Shown one piece after another: positions 27,436 through 32,000 of a DNA stretch of 32,000 nt. This DNA comes from Halobacteriaceae archaeon GCM10025711 (lineage in GTDB: Archaea > Halobacteriota > Halobacteria > Halobacteriales > Halobacteriaceae), in contig JBHSYX010000001.1 of assembly GCA_042662785.1 (NCBI GenBank), positions 273,679 through 305,678 of the forward strand. Direction: 5' to 3'. Position 1 is the stretch's first letter. Each line of letters begins with the position of its first letter. Below the pieces are notes generated by a model. It was not told the DNA's origin. It made no database searches and saw nothing but the letters and a program-made list of their open reading frames with translations. The position numbers were made by a program, and so were the translations under genes.

Positions 27436-27441
27436 CAAAAA
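27436..27441 (-). promoter_or_regulatory. TATA-like box (TTTTTG) for lipA
   Basis: It lies 25-30 nt upstream of ATG 27411 and is followed by CCCCGGCGG, as in the promoter of the small membrane protein gene. Confidence 0.35.
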
Positions 27442-27533
27442 CATGGGGATTGTTCGTGGGGGTGTTAATCAGATGGGGAATATCAGAAAGTTAAAGTATC
27501 ATCGTGTGGATTTAAATCTACGACAGGAACCAC

Positions 27534-28924
27534 ATGTTCGACGTGTCCCGGGACGAGATAACCGAAGGGTCGCTGACGAGGGCGCTCCTGCTGCTCGCGG
27601 CCCCCTGCTTGTGCAGAACCTCGTCCAGGTCGCCCAACAGGTCGTTGACACGTTCTGGGTCGGCCGGCTCGGCGAATCCGCCGTCGCCGCCGTCGGCCTC
27701 AACTTCCCGGTGCTGGCCGTGCTGTTCGCGTTCACCGCCGCGCCGTTCGTCGGCACCCAGGTACTCGTCTCCCAGCGCGTCGGCACCGACGAACTCGGGG
27801 CCGCGAGACGCGCGACGTTCAACGGCCTCCTGCTGGCGCTCCTCATCGGGGTCGCGCTCACCGTCGTCGTCTACTTCGGGGCCGACGCCGTCGTCTCGGT
27901 CCTCGTCTCCGACCCCACCGTCGCTCCCCTCGCCGCGACGTACCTCGCCACCGTCGTGTTCGGCCTCCCGTTCGCGAGCATGAGCGACACCCTCGAAGGC
28001 GGGTTCGTCGGGTGGGGCGACTCCCGGGCCGCCCTCTACGTCAACGCCACCGCCGTCGTCGTGAACATCGGTCTCGACCCGTTCCTCATCTTCGGCTGGG
28101 GCCCGTTCAGACCGATGGGCATCCAGGGCGCCGCGCTCGCCACCGCCATCGGCTTCGCCGCCGGTTTCGTCCTCGCGTTCGCCCTCACCGTCGGGACCCG
28201 CGAGTCGCTGACCCTGAGCCGCGACGACGTCGCCGTCGACCTCGACGAGATACGGGAACTGCTCGACGTGGGCGCCCCCACCACGGGCCAGGGACTCGCC
28301 AGCCAGTCGGTCCGCCTCGTCGTCGTCGCCATCGTGAGCGCGGTGGGCGGCGCCGTCGGCCTCGCGGCCTACACCGTCGGCGCGCGCGTGGCCGCCGTCG
28401 CGTTCATCCCGGCGCAGGGACTCCAGCAGGCCGCCCAGAGCGTCATCGGGCAGAACATCGGCGCGGAGCGGCCGGACCGCGCCCACCGCGGCACCTGGAC
28501 CGCCGTCGCCGTCGCCGTCGGCGCGCTGACCGTCCTGGGCGCCGTCCAGTGGGCGGCCCCCGCCGCCATCGCACAGGTGTTCGTCCCCGACCTGTCCCCC
28601 GACGGCCTCCGCCTCACCGTCGACTACCTCCAGATACTCGCGTACGGCTACCCCGCCATCGGCGCGACGTACCTGCTGCTCGCCGGCTTCAACGCCGCCC
28701 GGCACACCCGGGTGAGCATGGTCGTCACGCTCGTCCAGTACTGGGGCGTGCGCCTGCCCATCGCGGCCGTCGGTGCCTTCGTCCTGGCGATGGGCGTCCA
28801 CGCGGTGTTCTGGGCGGTCACGCTCTCGAACGTCGCCGCCGCGGTCGGCACCGGCGCGTACTACCGCTACACCACCGGCCGGGGGATGCTCGACCGGGCC
28901 GTCGAGGTGGCGGCGGCCGACTAA
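27534..28924 (+). pseudogene. MATE family efflux transporter, interrupted by a 1-nt frameshift at the C-run 27601-27605 (possibly a sequencing error)
   Basis: ORF 27534.. begins MFDVSRDEITEGSLTRALLLLAAP and then becomes Ser/Pro/Arg-rich nonsense. The frame of ORF 27173..28924 continues with LLVQNLVQVAQQVVDTFWVGRLGESAVAAVG... and 12-TM MATE-like sequence. A sixth C (GCC CCC CTG CTT GTG CAG) joins them. The span is 1391 nt, which is 2 mod 3, and the repaired product is 463 aa. Confidence 0.88.
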
Positions 28925-28962
28925 GGAAACGCCTTTCCGGTCCCGTTGCCATCCCCCGTCTG

Positions 28963-31295
28963 ATGGAGGTCGCCCAGGTCATCCCGGAGTTCGCCGACGC
29001 CTTCCCCTTCGAGGAGTTCAACCGGATGCAGCGCGAGGCGCTGCCGGCGCTGCTCGAACGCGAGGACAACGTGGTGGCCAGCGCGCCGACGGCGAGCGGC
29101 AAGACCGCGCTCGCGGAACTCGCCATCGTGAAGACGCTCCAGGCGGGCGGCACCGCGCTGTTCATCGCGCCGCTCCGCGCGCTCACCAACGAGAAGGAGG
29201 CCGAGTGGGAGCGCTTCGAGGAGCTCGGCTACTCCGTCTACGTCGTCACCGGCGAGCGCGACCTGAACCCGCGGCGCGCCGAGCGCGCGGACGTGCTGGT
29301 GATGACCCCGGAGAAGACCGACTCGGCGACCCGCAAGCACGACTCGCCGCGCTACTCGTTCGTCAACGACATCGACCTCTGCGTCATCGACGAGGTCCAC
29401 CTGCTCGACTCGGAGTCCCGCGGGAGCGTCCTGGAGGTCACGGTGGCCCGCCTCCGGCGCCTCGTCGACCCGCGCGTCGTCGCGCTCTCGGCGACCATGC
29501 CGAACATCCAGGACGTCGCGGACTGGCTCGACGCGCCGCCGGCGACCACCTTCGAGTTCGGCGACGAGTACCGGCCCGTGGACCTCCACGCGGACGTCCG
29601 CACGTACACGCACGGCGACAACTCGTTCGCGGACAAGTACCGCCGGCTCTACACCGCCCTCGACCTGGCCGAACCCCACCTCCGGGACGACGGCCAGGCG
29701 CTCGTCTTCGTCTCCTCGCGCCAGGACACCGTGCGCGCCGCCGAGAAGGCCCGCGACGAGATCGCCGAGCGCGACGTCCCCGTCGGCGCGCGCGGCGACT
29801 ACGACTTCCACACCGAGTCGAAGGTCCTGGAGAACGAGACGCTCCGCAAGTCGGTGCTCGACGGCGTGGCGTTCCACCACGCCGGCCTCTCCCGGTCGGA
29901 CAAGAACCACGTCGAGGCGTGGTTCCGCGAGGGCAAGATAGACCTCCTGTTCTCCACGTCGACGCTGGCGTGGGGCGTCAACCTGCCCGCGCGATGCGTC
30001 GTCATCCGGGACACCAAACTCCACGACCCCCTGGAGGGCGAGGTGGACATGAGCCCCCTGGACGTGCTCCAGATGCTCGGGCGGGCGGGCCGCCCGGGCT
30101 ACGACGACGTGGGCTACGGCTGGGTGGTCTGTGACTCGGCGGAGGCCGACAAGTACCGCCGCCTGCTCCGCGACGGCAAGGAGATCGAGTCGCGGCTGGC
30201 CGCGGACCTGGCCGAGCACCTGAACGCCGAGATAGCGATGGGCACCATCCGCGGCCTCGGCGACGTGATGGACTGGCTGGAGACCACCTTCTACTACGTC
30301 CGGGCGGGGAGCAGGCCCGACGAGTACGAGTTCGACACGCTCCGCGACCGCGTCCGGGGCACCCTGGAGTCGCTGGTCGACCGCGGGTTCGTCGAGACCG
30401 ACGACGACCTCGGCCTGAGCGCCACCCGTCTCGGCGTGCTCGCGTCGACGTACTACCTCCGCCTCGACACCGCCGAGCAGTTCCACGCGCTGGCGACCGA
30501 CGACCCGGACGAGGCGGGCGTGCTCCGCACCGTGGCGCGCGCCAGCGAGTTCGACAGCGTGAGCGCCAGGCAGGCCGAGCGCGAGGCCATCGACGCCGTG
30601 CTCGGGTCGCGGGCGTCCGGCCTCGACCCCGGCCGACGCAAGGTGCTGGCCATCCTCCACGGGAGCATGTCCGGCGGCGTCCCGCCGGAACTCGCGAGCG
30701 ACGCGTGGATCATCCGCCAGAACGCGCTCCGCCTGCTCGCGGCGCTCGGCGCGTTCCTCGACCGGTTCGACGGCCCCGAGGAGCGAACCTCGTCCGCCGC
30801 CTGGAGGCCCGCATCGAGCACGGCGTCCCGGCGTCGGCGGTCGGTCTGACCGCCATCGACGGCGTGGGCGCGGGCCGCGCGCACAAACTCGCCCAGGAGG
30901 GCATCGAGACGCTCCCGGCCGTGCGGGAGGCGGGCGTCGACGGCCTCGCCGCGGCCGGCCTGGGCGACAGCGTCGCCGAGCGCGTCGTCGCCGGCACGGC
31001 GGACCTGCCGGCGCTCACGGTGGAGTGGGGCGCGTTCCCGGAGACCATCCCGACCGGCGAGAACGACATGCGCGAGGTGACGGTGCGGAACGCGGGCGGC
31101 GGCGCCCGGGTCGGCGTCCGCGTCACCGTCAACGACGTGGAGATGACGACCACCGAGACGTACCTTGACGGCGAGGTGAGCGTCCCGGTGGGCGTGTTCG
31201 GCGCGAAGGACGAACTCGAGTTCCGGGTCACCGTCACGTTCCCGGAACTCCCGCTGCTACCGGTTTCCGAGTCGCGGACCGTCCGCGTGTCGTGA
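28963..31295 (+). pseudogene. Ski2/Brr2-like (Hel308-family, COG1204) DEAD/DEAH-box helicase, interrupted by a 1-nt frameshift at the C-run 30774-30777 (possibly a sequencing error)
   Basis: Helicase motifs are FNRMQREAL, APTASGKT, DEVH, SATMPN, HHAGL, TSTLAWGVNLPA and QMLGRAGRPG. ORF 28012..30849 ends in nonsense after ...FLDRFDGPE. ORF 30705..31295 continues with RGANLVRRLEARIEHGV, an HhH-like segment (IDGVGAGRAHKLAQEGI) and a beta-rich tail. A fifth C restores the frame. The span is 2333 nt, which is 2 mod 3, and the repaired product is 777 aa. The start is taken at MEVAQVIPEF (28963). Confidence 0.88.
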
Positions 31296-31310
31296 CCGGT
31301 CGCGACGCCG

Positions 31311-31341
31311 TGTCACCGGCTACCGTTCTCACCCGGTGACA
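31311..31341. promoter_or_regulatory. Perfect 9-bp inverted repeat (TGTCACCGG-N13-CCGGTGACA) between the helicase stop and the GMC gene TATA
   Basis: The arms at 31311-31319 and 31333-31341 are exact reverse complements. The element starts 16 nt after the helicase stop and ends 9 nt before the AGTTAGTTACG TATA-like element. It could be a terminator hairpin or an operator. Confidence 0.35.
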
Positions 31342-31384
31342 ATCATGATAGTTAGTTACGGTTTACTACAGCGTACTCTCCCGT

Positions 31385-32000
31385 ATGACTGCCGAGTACG
31401 AGGTGATTGTCGTCGGGTCGGGGGCGGGCGGGGCGACGCTCGCCCGGGAACTGGGCAAGCGCGGGGTTTCCGTGCTGGTGGTCGAGACGGGCGTCCGCGA
31501 GCAGCAGGTCGGGCGGTTCCGCGAAGCGGTCGGCTACTACGACGCGTCGAAACTCCTCAAGACGCCGCGCACCTCCGAGGAGGGCGTCATCCTCTGGCGG
31601 ACGCTCATGGCGGGCGGGTCGACGGTCGTCTCCGCCGGGAACGCCATCCGGGCCGACGAGCGCGGCCTGCGCGAACACGGCATCGACCTCACCGACGAGT
31701 ACGCCGAGGCGGAGGCCGAGATGGGGGTCGAACCGGTCGACGAGGCGCTGCTGTCCGAGGCCTCCCGCAGACTCCGCGACGCGGCCGCCGACCTCGGCTA
31801 CGCGTTCGAACCGATGCCGAAGTTCGTCGACCAGGAGCAGTGCCGGCGGTGCGGCCACTGCACGCTCGGCTGCATGGCCGAGGCGAAGTGGACCGCCCTC
31901 GACTACCTCGACGAGGCCGTCCAGTACGGCGTCGACGTCCGGTACGCCGCGGAGGTGCGCGAGGTGCTCGTCGAGGACGGCACGGCGGTGGGCGTCCGGG
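31385..32000 (+). CDS. GMC-family / FAD-dependent oxidoreductase, 3' end beyond the window
   Basis: I translated this ORF by hand. It is absent from the track because it has no stop inside the window. The sequence is MTAEYEVIVVGSGAGGATLARELGKRGVSVLVVETG (GxGxxG FAD fold) and later CRRCGHCTLGC. The frame is open to nt 32000, and a TATA-like AGTTAGTTA lies 25-35 nt upstream. Confidence 0.75.
   Translation, partial: MTAEYEVIVVGSGAGGATLARELGKRGVSVLVVETGVREQQVGRFREAVGYYDASKLLKTPRTSEEGVILWRTLMAGGSTVVSAGNAIRADERGLREHGIDLTDEYAEAEAEMGVEPVDEALLSEASRRLRDAAADLGYAFEPMPKFVDQEQCRRCGHCTLGCMAEAKWTALDYLDEAVQYGVDVRYAAEVREVLVEDGTAVGVR

Noticed and set aside
27173-27533. N-terminal 120-codon extension of track ORF 27173..28924 (MATE frame)
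   Set aside because: It is antisense to lipA and crosses the divergent promoter spacer. The true N-terminus (MFDVSRDEITEGSL...) is in the neighbouring frame, from which it is separated by the C-run frameshift.
28012-28962. N-terminal 317-codon extension of the helicase ORF 28012..30849
   Set aside because: It is Arg/Pro/Gly-rich nonsense overlapping the MATE gene out of frame. Helicase homology begins at MEVAQVIPEF (28963).
28921-30660. 579-aa - strand ORF antisense to the helicase, and the similar 31352..31858 - ORF antisense to the GMC gene
   Set aside because: These are mirror-frame artefacts with no recognisable motifs.

Overview
The window is a high-GC (about two-thirds G+C by eye) archaeal chromosome segment, almost certainly from a haloarchaeon (class Halobacteria). 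Supporting signs are strongly acidic proteins, a thermosome, an archaeal-type LeuRS, Tat/lipobox signal peptides, and TATA-like boxes 25-30 nt upstream of many ATGs, which implies leaderless mRNAs. I can support 28 protein-coding genes:
- + strand, 1-7573: livHMGF-type branched-chain amino acid ABC transporter (5' end cut by the window), a KH-domain Dim2/Pno1-like protein and a thermosome subunit. An AMP-forming acyl-CoA synthetase lies on the - strand at 3373-5018.
- - strand, 7696-12429: a four-gene sugar-type ABC importer (Tat substrate-binding protein, two permeases, ATPase).
- + strand, 12792-15690: an atypical SDR, a Tat lipoprotein and an OCD/mu-crystallin enzyme.
- - strand, 15572-18788: a tiny membrane protein and leuS.
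- + strand, 18849-19382: a small hypothetical protein.
- - strand, 19404-27411: hsp20, pheA, a PNPOx-like protein, a complete 2-oxoacid dehydrogenase complex operon (E1alpha-E1beta-E2-E3) and lipA.
- + strand, 27534-32000: a MATE efflux pump, a Ski2/Brr2-like helicase and the 5' part of a GMC/FAD oxidoreductase.

I saw no rRNA, tRNA, CRISPR array, transposase, integrase or recognisable defence or toxin module. I did not find a convincing novel multi-gene system, and the window reads as core housekeeping DNA.

The strongest anomaly is that four conserved genes (acyl-CoA synthetase, thermosome, MATE, helicase), and possibly a fifth small gene, are each interrupted by a 1-nt deficit, in four of the five cases inside a G/C run of 3-5 nt. 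This is most simply homopolymer sequencing error rather than biology.

Secondary observations:
- an unexplained 360-bp bipartite intergenic region with palindromes
- exact 11- and 12-mers shared between unrelated promoter regions
- a 46-codon ORF that bridges two transporter genes with ATGA overlaps at both ends
- an OADH complex whose substrate cannot be read from sequence
- CARDB-like beta-sandwich tails on a helicase and a lipoprotein

Many long ORFs in the six-frame track are alternate-frame or antisense artefacts of the high GC content.
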